A stretch of DNA of 28,126 nt from a virus (IMGVR_UViG_3300020374_000996:1-28126), one strand, 5' to 3'; shown: positions 17,096 through 25,302, counted from the first letter of the stretch. Notes: generated by a model from the sequence alone, not told the origin. Translations and numbers: made by a program.

Positions 17096-17129
17096 GGGGT
17101 GGTATATTTTTATATCGCCCTTTCTTTTT
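17096..17129 (+). terminator. Rho-independent terminator
   Basis: GGGGTGGTATA-TTTT-TATATCGCCCT followed by T-rich tail. Confidence 0.75.
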
Positions 17130-17161
17130 GACTAAAAAACCACAATATATGCATATTCTGG

Positions 17162-17190
17162 TTGACAAATACCACAACATCGTGTATTAT
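17162..17190 (+). promoter_or_regulatory. Sigma70-type promoter
   Basis: TTGACA-17-TATTAT. Confidence 0.7.
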
Positions 17191-17225
17191 AAGTGCTTAA
17201 TTAACCAAAAATCATAGGAGTAAAT

Positions 17226-17432
17226 ATGATAGAATATAAAGAAATGGCATTAAACATGCTAACCGGTTTGGCTATAATCACAGGATTAAGTGCAATAGTT
17301 TTTGCATACGGATACCTAATAAGCCTTTTTAACCTAGCGGAAACAACAGAAAACATTATACTGTTCTTGCCGTTAATACTATTTGGTGCATACCAAATGG
17401 GTGCTTTAAGACGTCTTAATACAAAAAAATAG
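17226..17432 (+). CDS. Small two-TM membrane protein
   Basis: AGGAG SD, two hydrophobic helices, basic tail. Confidence 0.7.
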   Translation: MIEYKEMALNMLTGLAIITGLSAIVFAYGYLISLFNLAETTENIILFLPLILFGAYQMGALRRLNTKK

Positions 17433-17433
17433 G

Positions 17434-17462
17434 TTGACATTTACCAGTTTATCTGGTATAAT
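17434..17462 (+). promoter_or_regulatory. Sigma70-type promoter with extended -10 (leaderless)
   Basis: TTGACA-17-TATAAT with TGn; ATG 17470 lies 7 nt after the -10. Confidence 0.85.
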
Positions 17463-17469
17463 TAATACT

Positions 17470-17916
17470 ATGACTATGCATCTTGCACAAGGTCTCACGA
17501 CCATTAGGAATAGAAAGTATAAGCCTAAAATGACCAAGGCAAATATTGCCAAGTGGGAAGAAGGCTTACGACTGAAAAACAAAGAACACAAACGTATGGG
17601 TTTGCCTAAATGGACATTTGAACAGTATGTTGATTACTGCCATGGCATACAACCTAAAGTAGATCCTAGAAGTAGAGAAGCCTTTAAAACTAAAAGATTC
17701 TCACAAGAAGAAAACTTTAGAATGAAAGAAATGCGTGAGTTCAACAAAAAGTATCCTAGTATGCCTTTGACTAGCGGAGGCGGTACTAAAAAGGATGACC
17801 TTAATTGGGAAAAAGAAAAACAAGAGATTTGTAAACAGTACACTATTGCTCCTGCTTACAATAAAGGTGCATATCAAGTTATAGGCAAAAGTAACATTAA
17901 GGACATAGGTAAATGA
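17470..17916 (+). CDS. Conserved basic phage protein
   Basis: C-terminal YTIAPAYNKGAYQVI...IKDIGK motif recalled from T4-like phages; the track's TTG start is actually the -35 box. Confidence 0.72.
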   Translation: MTMHLAQGLTTIRNRKYKPKMTKANIAKWEEGLRLKNKEHKRMGLPKWTFEQYVDYCHGIQPKVDPRSREAFKTKRFSQEENFRMKEMREFNKKYPSMPLTSGGGTKKDDLNWEKEKQEICKQYTIAPAYNKGAYQVIGKSNIKDIGK

Positions 17917-18119
17917 GTTTTCCAACAAACTTTACAGAAAAAGAAGCCCAAGCGGCAATCATGAGACTTAAAGGTGAAATAATAGATTGTAGTATCTGTT
18001 CAAAGCCGTTGTTATACAAATATTCACACAATGCATACCCTGTATCAGATAAAAGGTGTTGTGAACAATGTAATCAAGATGTTGTAATACCTAATAGGCT
18101 GGAGAATTATAATGCGTAA
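17913..18119 (+). CDS. Small Zn-finger-like protein
   Basis: CSIC...HNAYPV..RCCEQCN; ATGA overlap. Confidence 0.68.
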   Translation: MSFPTNFTEKEAQAAIMRLKGEIIDCSICSKPLLYKYSHNAYPVSDKRCCEQCNQDVVIPNRLENYNA

Positions 18120-18204
18120 TCCAATTCCAGACATTGTAATTACAACCATAGTTTTCATGCTAATATATTTTATTATAAACAGTTGGCAAACTATAATGTT
18201 ATGA
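18112..18204 (+). CDS. 30-aa hydrophobic peptide (not in ORF track)
   Basis: MRNPIPDIVITTIVFMLIYFIINSWQTIML; GGAG SD; stop overlaps next ATG (ATGA). Confidence 0.55.
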   Translation: MRNPIPDIVITTIVFMLIYFIINSWQTIML

Positions 18205-18557
18205 GTAAAAAAGTTTACAATACAAAATCAAATAGATACGAAGCAGATTTAACACATACTAGTGGTTGTATCTCACATCAAGAAATTGCAAGAGTTTTAC
18301 ATGCGGATGGTAGTGCCTACAAAATGGGAACATTGGTATATGGAACATATGAAGAAGTAGAAGCATGGTGTGAAAAGAATGATATGTGGGTAGACAAGTA
18401 TCTAGACCATGTGAACCCTAGCACATTATATAATACAGCAGAATGGGTAGGAACTGGATTATCAGATCCATTTTCAGTATCAGTTCCGTTTGATTATAGA
18501 AAAGCACGGGCAATGGGTACATTTAATACTCGAGGAGTTAATTTAGACAAATGGTAG
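18201..18557 (+). CDS. Hypothetical protein
   Basis: Start at ATG 18201 supported by ATGA coupling. Confidence 0.68.
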   Translation: MSKKVYNTKSNRYEADLTHTSGCISHQEIARVLHADGSAYKMGTLVYGTYEEVEAWCEKNDMWVDKYLDHVNPSTLYNTAEWVGTGLSDPFSVSVPFDYRKARAMGTFNTRGVNLDKW

Positions 18558-18706
18558 AATGGATTGAGGCAATCTTGCAAATGATAGGTATATTAACTTT
18601 AGTGTATCTATTTACTATTTGGGGATTAAGTGGTGGATTTAAAACATTTTTTACATTTAAAAAGAAAAAAAGTAATGATGTAAACAGTGGTGCAAAATTT
18701 GGTTGA
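18551..18706 (+). CDS. 51-aa membrane protein (not in ORF track)
   Basis: MVEWIEAILQMIGILTLVYLFTIWGLSGG...GAKFG; GAGGAG upstream; fills the gap in the operon. Confidence 0.6.
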   Translation: MVEWIEAILQMIGILTLVYLFTIWGLSGGFKTFFTFKKKKSNDVNSGAKFG

Positions 18707-18860
18707 AAAAATTAAACATTGGGCTGGTGTATGTAAAATACACTGGAGAGAAATAATAACATTGTCCATTGCTTTACATTGGGCAGTAGACTTATTAATA
18801 ATTGTTCCTATTTCATTAGTAATAGGATACTTTACTGGTGTGCATTTTGGCAGACACTAA
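18699..18860 (+). CDS. 53-aa membrane protein (not in ORF track)
   Basis: TTG start, (M)VEKIKHWAGVCKIHWREIITLSIALHWAVDLLIIVPISLVIGYFTGVHFGRH; overlaps both neighbours. Confidence 0.55.
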   Translation: MVEKIKHWAGVCKIHWREIITLSIALHWAVDLLIIVPISLVIGYFTGVHFGRH

Positions 18861-19026
18861 ACACGTTGGGTATCCAATCCCTACAGAAATGTGGAATAGT
18901 ATGGAACAAGAGGACGTAGATTTTGTTAAGCATGAAGCAATAACAAGATTATTAGATATAGATTTATGTTGTCCTTATTGTGACAAAACACTTATAAAAG
19001 CAGATGAGCGAAAAAGACAAAAGTAA
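18847..19026 (+). CDS. Small hypothetical protein with CPYC motif
   Basis: In-operon ORF; start uncertain (GTG 18838 or TTG 18847). Confidence 0.5.
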   Translation: MADTKHVGYPIPTEMWNSMEQEDVDFVKHEAITRLLDIDLCCPYCDKTLIKADERKRQK

Positions 19027-19267
19027 AAAAGGACAATGGCATGGAGGCAAAGGCTCCATACAAAAAGACCATGACCATGACAAGTATGCAAAAGCATGGG
19101 AAAAGATTTTTGGCAAGAAGGACAAAGTGCAAAAACACATAGACAGTTTGCCTGAACATAGAGAAGATAAACCAGGTTCACAAATAGGAAGAAAAACATT
19201 ATCAAAACGTGAACAAGTTCTCATGCACCCACCACTTTACGATTCAAATAAAAAAGAAGAAAAATGA
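19004..19267 (+). CDS. Small basic phage protein
   Basis: WHGGKGS...KYAKAWEKIFGKK motif common in phage small proteins. Confidence 0.65.
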   Translation: MSEKDKSKKGQWHGGKGSIQKDHDHDKYAKAWEKIFGKKDKVQKHIDSLPEHREDKPGSQIGRKTLSKREQVLMHPPLYDSNKKEEK

Positions 19268-19518
19268 CTTTACCAGACTTTATAGGATTGACAGGAGTAG
19301 CATTACTAATTGTAACTTATGCATTACTCCAACTGGATAAAATAAACCCTAAAGGGTTTTGGTACAGTTTTAATAACTTATTGGTAGCAATACTTGTTAC
19401 TGTAAGTTTAATTTATACACCAAACCTTGCTAGTATAGTGATTGAAATATTTTGGTTTCTTATTAGTTTGTATGGTGTTGTTATGTTTTTCAAAAGGAAG
19501 GACTTGACAAATACTTAA
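19264..19518 (+). CDS. CBU_0592-like three-TM membrane protein
   Basis: DFIGLTGVALLIVTYALLQ...YSFNN...NLASIVIEIFW..ISLYG pattern. Confidence 0.75.
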   Translation: MTLPDFIGLTGVALLIVTYALLQLDKINPKGFWYSFNNLLVAILVTVSLIYTPNLASIVIEIFWFLISLYGVVMFFKRKDLTNT

Positions 19519-19531
19519 AAATAGTTATAAT
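19504..19531 (+). promoter_or_regulatory. Sigma70-type promoter
   Basis: TTGACA-16-TATAAT; leader hairpin GAGAGGA/TCCTCTC. Confidence 0.7.
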
Positions 19532-19595
19532 ATTTAATAGGTGGAGAGGAAAGAAGTCCTCTCTAAATAATAATTCCAAAGAAATGGAGTAAAAA

Positions 19596-20570
19596 ATGAG
19601 TAAAAAAGGAAATACACTTCCTTTCGATCCTTCCAAAGGTAGAAAGAATAGAGAAGTAAAAGCAACTACAGTTGCAAAAATGGTTAAACAACGTATCGGA
19701 CCAATCGAACTTGGTACAGATAATCCAGAAGATGTTATTAATTTAGGATGGGTAGATCCTGATAAAATAATATTCAATTACAGTAGGCAAAGATTTGCTG
19801 AGCCTAGTCATCAAAAAAATCTAGACAAAAAATGGAAAACATATCTAATGACACCGGGTCAAGCACGTTTAGATAGCAACGGTTTTTACTATGTGGCTGA
19901 TGGACAACAACACATTACACATATGATAAACAAGTATCCTGGTAAAAAAGTACCTATGTGTTGGGTAGAAAGTGATGATCCTAATGTAGAATCTGAAATG
20001 CTATTAGCATTAAATGTAGATTCATTACCTATGGCAAAATATTTTGTACACGAACAAAAAATTGCTATGGGGTATGCAATACCAATTGCAATTGAACAAG
20101 CAGTAATAGATGCTGATTGCGAAACAGGATTTAAACTAAGACGTCCTGGTTCAATAACACACATGATAGATTTATATAATGCATTTGACAGATGGGGTGG
20201 AGAAAGTCTTACAACTGTTCTTACAAAAATGAGAACATATTGGCCCAATGATAAAATTTATACTGCAACAATGAATGGATTTTTAAAAGTAAAAGAACTG
20301 TTAGAAGTACATGGCAAGTTTGATGACGATTTGTTTGATGAAGTATTCATAGAGTCTGGTAATCACTTTGAAGATAGTAATAGATTACATCTGGATATCA
20401 AACGTGAATTTGAACATGAACATCCTACAAACTATAAAGGTATGAATAATACTGAAAAAGTTGCAAGTGGTATTATTAATGTGTATGAAAAAGCAACCGG
20501 CAATGACCTTGTTCCTATGCCTTTTAGTATAGACATGCCAATGATGGAAACACATGAAACTTTATCCTAA
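19596..20570 (+). CDS. ParB/Srx-superfamily protein (DUF262/DGQHR/DUF6551-like N-domain)
   Basis: SRQR, YYVADGQQH and ESEMLLALN resemble the QR, DGQQR and FxxxN motifs. Confidence 0.62.
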   Translation: MSKKGNTLPFDPSKGRKNREVKATTVAKMVKQRIGPIELGTDNPEDVINLGWVDPDKIIFNYSRQRFAEPSHQKNLDKKWKTYLMTPGQARLDSNGFYYVADGQQHITHMINKYPGKKVPMCWVESDDPNVESEMLLALNVDSLPMAKYFVHEQKIAMGYAIPIAIEQAVIDADCETGFKLRRPGSITHMIDLYNAFDRWGGESLTTVLTKMRTYWPNDKIYTATMNGFLKVKELLEVHGKFDDDLFDEVFIESGNHFEDSNRLHLDIKREFEHEHPTNYKGMNNTEKVASGIINVYEKATGNDLVPMPFSIDMPMMETHETLS

Positions 20571-20955
20571 ATACGATCCTGGTACATATCATACCAGAGC
20601 ACTTTACAGACAAGTATGTGAGTCCAAAGACTTGAGAGTTGTTTGGGCTTATGTAAATGCTAGGAAATGGAATGTTGACTATGATAAATTTTTAGCATTA
20701 TGTGGAACATGTTGTGCAAACTGTGGACACAAATTAGATTATGGATTAGGAAAGAACATCACAGAAGATAAATCACTAGAAGCAACACCTAGTACTGACC
20801 ATATTGTTCCACAAAGCAAAGGCGGTCCTGATTCAATAGATAACTTTTGGGTTATATGTATGCAATGCAATAAACTAAAAAATGATTCTACACCAGAAGA
20901 CATAAGACGTTATGAAGGTATTATAAGGGTACTTAAAGAAAATGCCGAGAGATAA
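20554..20955 (+). CDS. HNH endonuclease
   Basis: CANCG...TDHIVPQSKGG..SIDNFWVICMQCNKLK. Confidence 0.88.
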   Translation: MKLYPKYDPGTYHTRALYRQVCESKDLRVVWAYVNARKWNVDYDKFLALCGTCCANCGHKLDYGLGKNITEDKSLEATPSTDHIVPQSKGGPDSIDNFWVICMQCNKLKNDSTPEDIRRYEGIIRVLKENAER

Positions 20956-21322
20956 AGAACTAGATAACTTTTTAGAAAAAAGTATAAATGACGATTACTA
21001 TGGTGCTATATTAATAATTTGTGCTCCTGTGAGTGATGACGGTGATTACGAATTTATGGTACATGGTGCAGTTCACAATGCTCTTACTCCAATTACTAAA
21101 TGGTTTGATGAAAATAATATACCATCAGAGATGCGTATTAGTTGGGGTACTCCTAAACTAGAAGATATAGACAGTCATAGATTTTGTGTTAATGTTTGGG
21201 TTAGACCAAAAGAACGTAAGTTTACTAAAGAAGAAGAAATGGTGTTTAAGTTGAAGTTTATAGATTCTATACCTATTACCAACTTAACCAAATACATCGA
21301 AGAGTTCTTAGCACAAAAATAA
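20942..21322 (+). CDS. Hypothetical protein
   Basis: Overlaps HNH gene, ends just before a terminator. Confidence 0.65.
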   Translation: MPRDKELDNFLEKSINDDYYGAILIICAPVSDDGDYEFMVHGAVHNALTPITKWFDENNIPSEMRISWGTPKLEDIDSHRFCVNVWVRPKERKFTKEEEMVFKLKFIDSIPITNLTKYIEEFLAQK

Positions 21323-21328
21323 GTCAAT

Positions 21329-21353
21329 AAAAAAGCAGACCTAAGTCTGCTTT
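21329..21353. terminator. Terminator between convergent units
   Basis: AAAGCAGAC-CTAA-GTCTGCTTT; T6 tail on the minus strand. Confidence 0.85.
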
Positions 21354-21379
21354 CTTACTAGAATGTCTATTCTAAATTA

Positions 21380-21721
21380 TTATGCACCAACGGCTATTGA
21401 TAATGTTTGAGCGGTTGCTGTAGTACCACTTAAATCTACACCATCAATTGTTCCTAATGCTTGAACTCTTGCTTGAAGACCTGAATCTAATTCACCTTCA
21501 ATAATAAAAGTTTGTTCCGTGTTAGAGTTAGATAGAGGACCTGCCGCTAAAATTACTCTACTTTCTTGGATTGCGTTAAGAACGGCTTGTTGAGCTCCAC
21601 TTGGGCCAGTACTTGCGTTAGCAACGATATAGTCTAAAGAAAAGATTGAGATATCTTTACCGATTACTTCTGATGCTGAACCTGTAGTAGTTGCCGCTGG
21701 GTTTGTTTTTGCTACTGCCAT
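21380..21721 (-). CDS. Putative virion structural/decoration protein (paralogue 1)
   Basis: A/G/T-rich, AGGAG SD, GATAAATA upstream at 21766-21773, shares VQALGT.DG..L.G with neighbour. Confidence 0.72.
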   Translation of the reverse strand: MAVAKTNPAATTTGSASEVIGKDISIFSLDYIVANASTGPSGAQQAVLNAIQESRVILAAGPLSNSNTEQTFIIEGELDSGLQARVQALGTIDGVDLSGTTATAQTLSIAVGA

Positions 21722-21792
21722 TTTATTCTCCTAATATATTAGGACTCTTATGAGTCTGTTGCTAATATTTATCTTTTTTGTTTGCTAAAGTC

Positions 21793-21823
21793 AAAAAGAA
21801 AGGAGTATAAATACTCCCTTCTT
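21793..21823 (-). terminator. Rho-independent terminator
   Basis: Minus strand AAGAAGGGAGTA-TTTA-TACTCCTTTCTT followed by T run. Confidence 0.75.
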
Positions 21824-21840
21824 CTTTAAGTTGTTAAGAC

Positions 21841-22209
21841 TTATAGGTCGAATGCTGTGATTCCTGCACCTGCTAAGTTGATTCCATCAACTGTGCCTAA
21901 TGCTTGTACAACGTCTTCCAAGTGAGCCGCTAGTGATTCACTGTTTGATCCGTCATAAGTATCTGTTCCGTGTTCGCCTTCAAATAGAACTTTAAGACCT
22001 TGTCCTGTTCCACCTGTTGCATCAACTGTACCAATTGCGAATGCTGTTAAGCCTTCGTTCATGATTGCTTTTAATGTTGCGTCTACGGCAGATCCTACTG
22101 CCAATTTTGCTGAAACGTCAGCACCGAAATCTATTTGAATTCCAGCGATAACCTTTCCACCTACGTGTCCTGGAGCAACTACGGCTCCTGCGTTTTGAGT
22201 TTGTGCCAT
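21841..22209 (-). CDS. Putative virion structural/decoration protein (paralogue 2)
   Basis: A/G-rich, AAGGAG SD, exact TATAAATA upstream. Confidence 0.72.
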   Translation of the reverse strand: MAQTQNAGAVVAPGHVGGKVIAGIQIDFGADVSAKLAVGSAVDATLKAIMNEGLTAFAIGTVDATGGTGQGLKVLFEGEHGTDTYDGSNSESLAAHLEDVVQALGTVDGINLAGAGITAFDL

Positions 22210-22285
22210 TTTATGACTCCTTAATTTTTAAGTGTAATAAGATTTACTCCTTATTTTCGTAAATGCTTTATTACTTTGTTACTTG

Positions 22286-22293
22286 TATTTATA
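22286..22293 (-). promoter_or_regulatory. T4 consensus late promoter TATAAATA
   Basis: Exact match, intergenic, upstream of the structural-type gene. Confidence 0.65.
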
Positions 22294-22376
22294 TTTTTTT
22301 GCAAAAAAATGATTGGTTAGAACCTTATTAAATTGGGCCTTTTTGTAAAAAAATTAAAAAAAGATGCCAAAATAGG

Positions 22377-22424
22377 TTGATTTTTGCCAATAAAACACTA
22401 TATAATGTATATAGATTATAAATA
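22377..22424 (+). promoter_or_regulatory. Tandem sigma70-type and late-type promoters
   Basis: TTGATT-18-TATAAT (22377-22406) and TATAAATA (22417-22424). Confidence 0.55.
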
Positions 22425-22466
22425 TCTTTGCAATTACAAAAGTAAGGGCAACAGGATCGTAAGTGA

Positions 22467-22574
22467 ATGAAGTCTACTACAATTGAAATTGCATGTATTA
22501 TCGACGGAAAGGTAACACAAGGTAATTGGATCGTAAGTGAAAAAAACCGACTGGTGACCAAACAAAGAAGGTAA
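22467..22574 (+). CDS. Possible 35-aa small ORF
   Basis: MKSTTIEIACIIDGKVTQGNWIVSEKNRLVTKQRR with AGGA upstream; may instead be part of an ncRNA. Confidence 0.3.
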   Translation: MKSTTIEIACIIDGKVTQGNWIVSEKNRLVTKQRR

Positions 22575-22700
22575 TACATTAGTTTTTAAATCGAGACTGA
22601 TTATGTTCGCATATGACGGATTAGAAATAAAAACATTTTTGGGTAACCAACAAAGGACTTAAATTGGCAAGAGTTTAAGCACCAAGAAGATTACCAAGTA

Positions 22701-22813
22701 GTGAAGAGGAACAGGACACACACTAACGAATGCTCCTCTACACCGCGAACTTTTTATTCGCCATAAGGGTTTAAAAAGTTGGAAATATAACTTGCTAAAT
22801 ATAGGAGATTATT
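22701..22813 (+). promoter_or_regulatory. ROSE-like RNA thermometer in hsp20 leader
   Basis: Hairpins 22701-22743 and 22748-22780, then CTTGCT (22791-22796) able to pair with SD AGGAG (22803-22807) with a bulged G. Confidence 0.65.
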
Positions 22814-23251
22814 ATGAATAAGCAAATACGATTCACATCTGAATCACTTTCCCCACTATATAAAATGAGCATCGGTTTTGATAGACTAGCAGAACAGTTT
22901 TTCAACGATCCGACATTTAATAATGCCCAAACAGGCTATCCACCATATAACATTGCTAAAAAAGATGATGATGTCTATGAAGTTACTCTTGCAGTAGCAG
23001 GATTTAAAAAAGACGACATTGATATTTCACTTGAAGATGGCACACTTATTATAAAAGGTGAAAGCAACGTGCTAGATGAGTCTGTTGAGTATCTTCACAA
23101 AGGTATTGCAGAAAGAAACTTTATCAGAACTTTCAAACTTGCAGAGTTCGTTGAAGTTAAAGAAGCAAAACTTGAAGATGGTATTTTAAGAGTATCATTG
23201 TTTAGGAACGTCCCAGACGCCCTGAAACCACAATCTATTAAAATTACTTAA
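22814..23251 (+). CDS. hsp20: Small heat-shock protein Hsp20 (IbpA-like)
   Basis: IGFDRL, YPPYNI, LAVAGF, YLHKGIAERNF, AKLEDGIL motifs. Confidence 0.95.
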   Translation: MNKQIRFTSESLSPLYKMSIGFDRLAEQFFNDPTFNNAQTGYPPYNIAKKDDDVYEVTLAVAGFKKDDIDISLEDGTLIIKGESNVLDESVEYLHKGIAERNFIRTFKLAEFVEVKEAKLEDGILRVSLFRNVPDALKPQSIKIT

Positions 23252-23269
23252 ACTTTGCGGTAAATATGT

Positions 23270-23299
23270 GGGTAGCAGTAATTTCTGCTACCCTTTATT
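23270..23299 (+). terminator. Hairpin/terminator between hsp20 and rpmG
   Basis: GGGTAGCAG-TAATTT-CTGCTACCC followed by TTTATT. Confidence 0.65.
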
Positions 23300-23302
23300 A
23301 TT

Positions 23303-23506
23303 ATGGCAAAGAAAGACAAAAGAAAAACGTTATTATATTTGATTCCAGAAGGCGAAACAAGGGATCACCATACGTACCACTATACATTTATTAAAACAAA
23401 AAACTTGACAATTGACAATAAGAAGTTAAAATTAAAGAAGTATAATCCAGTTAAAAGAAAACATGAATGGTTTGTAGAAGCAAAACTACCACCACACAGT
23501 AAGTAG
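23303..23506 (+). CDS. rpmG: 50S ribosomal protein bL33 (Cys-free form)
   Basis: MAKK..R..L.L...YHYTFIK.K...KLKLKKYNPVKRKHEWFVEAK. Confidence 0.85.
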   Translation: MAKKDKRKTLLYLIPEGETRDHHTYHYTFIKTKNLTIDNKKLKLKKYNPVKRKHEWFVEAKLPPHSK

Positions 23507-23513
23507 GTAATAA

Positions 23514-23813
23514 ATGACACAAGAAGCAGTAAAACAAAAAACAGCAGTAGAATTACGATACCCACCGAGGTTTGATGTAATTATTTTTAATGATGATTAT
23601 ACTCCAGTGGAGTTTGTAATTAAATTGTTAGTTGAAATATTTAATAAAAATGTTGATACTGCAAAAGAATTAACAATGACAATTCATGAACATGGACAGG
23701 CAGTTGCAGGAACTTATAACTTTGAAATAGCAGAACAAAAAACAACAGAAGCACTTGCAACTTCAAGAGCAAGTGGTCACCCATTACAATTAAAAACAAG
23801 ACAGGTAGAATGA
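23514..23813 (+). CDS. clpS: N-degron adaptor ClpS
   Basis: [39 protein letters not shown]. Confidence 0.92.
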   Translation: MTQEAVKQKTAVELRYPPRFDVIIFNDDYTPVEFVIKLLVEIFNKNVDTAKELTMTIHEHGQAVAGTYNFEIAEQKTTEALATSRASGHPLQLKTRQVE

Positions 23814-25270
23814 AACAAGACGATATTGATGCAAAACAAAAGTATCAAGAAGGATTTATAACTGAATTAGAGAATGAATCTTTTCCAGCGGGTCTTGATG
23901 AACAAACAGTAAGAAATTTAAGTGCAATAAAGAACGAACCAGACTGGCTGTTAGAATTTAGACTGAAAGCATTTAAAAGATGGGAGTCAATGTCAGAACC
24001 TGATTGGGGCGAATTAGATTATGAGCCGGTAGACTATCAAGCATTGAGTTATCACTCAGCACCTAAAAAGTTTGATAAAGATGAAATACCACAAGAAATA
24101 TTAGATACATTTGAAAAGTTAGGTGTACCTTTGCATGAACGTGATGCATTGTTAGGACTAGATACAGAAAAACCAAAACCAGATAACCTTATACCCACAG
24201 TAGCCGTTGATGCTGTATTTGATAGTGTAAGTGTTGCTACAACATTTAAAGCAGAATTAGAAAAGGTTGGTATTATATTTTGCAGTATTAGTGAAGCAGT
24301 ACAGGATCATCCAGAACTAGTTAAAAAATATTTAGGTACTGTAATACCCTATACAGATAATTACTTTGCTACACTGAACTCTGCGGTGTTCTCAGACGGT
24401 ACTTTTTGCTATATACCAAAAGGTGTAACATGCCCAATGGAACTTAATACATATTTCAGAATAAATGCTAGGAACACAGGACAGTTTGAACGTACACTTA
24501 TTATAGCAGATGAAGATAGTTATGTAAGTTACTTAGAAGGTTGTACTGCTCCTGCATATGATGAAAACACATTACATGCCGCCTGTGTAGAATTAATTAC
24601 ATTAGACAATGCAGAAATAAAATATTCCACAGTACAAAATTGGTATCCAGGAGATGAGAATGGTGTAGGCGGTGTTTACAACTTCGTAACCAAAAGAGCC
24701 AAGTGTGAAGGTAAAAAATCAAAAGTATCTTGGACTCAAGTAGAAACAGGAAGTGCAATTACATGGAAGTACCCTAGTTGTATTTTAAAAGGTGAAGGTA
24801 GTGTAGGAGAATTTTTTAGTGTTGCAGTTACGAAAGGCAAACAACAAGCAGACACAGGCACTAAAATGATACACTTAGGTAAAGATACCAAGAGTACTAT
24901 TATATCCAAAGGCATAAGTTTTGGAGATAGTACAAACACATATAGAGGTGCAGTTAAAATAAATCCAGGTGCCAAAGATGCATCTAACTACACAAAATGT
25001 GACAGTTTAATGTTACAAGACAGTAGAGCATTAACTATACCATATGTAACAAGTCAAAACGATACTGCAACTGTTGAACATGAAGCAAGTGCAGGAAAAG
25101 TCAGCGAAGAACAAATGTACTACTTGGCAACAAGAGGATTTACAGAAGATGATGCCATTAGTTTAGTGGTCAATGGATTCTGTAAAGATGTGTTCCAAAA
25201 ACTGCCTTTAGAATTTGCCGCTGAAGCCAATAAACTACTGAGTGTTACACTTGAAGGTGCAGTAGGATAA
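23810..25270 (+). CDS. sufB: Fe-S cluster assembly scaffold SufB
   Basis: [61 protein letters not shown]. Confidence 0.97.
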   Translation: MKQDDIDAKQKYQEGFITELENESFPAGLDEQTVRNLSAIKNEPDWLLEFRLKAFKRWESMSEPDWGELDYEPVDYQALSYHSAPKKFDKDEIPQEILDTFEKLGVPLHERDALLGLDTEKPKPDNLIPTVAVDAVFDSVSVATTFKAELEKVGIIFCSISEAVQDHPELVKKYLGTVIPYTDNYFATLNSAVFSDGTFCYIPKGVTCPMELNTYFRINARNTGQFERTLIIADEDSYVSYLEGCTAPAYDENTLHAACVELITLDNAEIKYSTVQNWYPGDENGVGGVYNFVTKRAKCEGKKSKVSWTQVETGSAITWKYPSCILKGEGSVGEFFSVAVTKGKQQADTGTKMIHLGKDTKSTIISKGISFGDSTNTYRGAVKINPGAKDASNYTKCDSLMLQDSRALTIPYVTSQNDTATVEHEASAGKVSEEQMYYLATRGFTEDDAISLVVNGFCKDVFQKLPLEFAAEANKLLSVTLEGAVG

Positions 25271-25273
25271 TTG

Positions 25274-25302
25274 TTGACAATAATACTAAAAGGTAGTACA
25301 AT
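25274..25302 (+). promoter_or_regulatory. Internal sigma70-type promoter for sufC (leaderless)
   Basis: TTGACA-17-TACAAT; ATG 25309 lies 6 nt after the -10. Confidence 0.75.

Noticed and set aside
17434-17469. Longer starts given in the ORF track (also 9474, 15173, 15720, 18183, 25979)
   Set aside because: They overlap promoter elements or upstream genes; downstream starts have better SD, coupling or promoter support
21806-21813. Exact TATAAATA on the plus strand
   Set aside because: Lies in the loop of a terminator hairpin and points antisense to a structural gene; probably incidental
22454-22541. 14-nt direct repeat as a mini-CRISPR
   Set aside because: Only two copies, too short, 60-nt gap, and no cas genes in the window
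22430-22790. tmRNA, RNase P or tRNA in the long intergenic region
   Set aside because: No tRNA-like acceptor/T-arm ends or RNase P conserved motifs were visible
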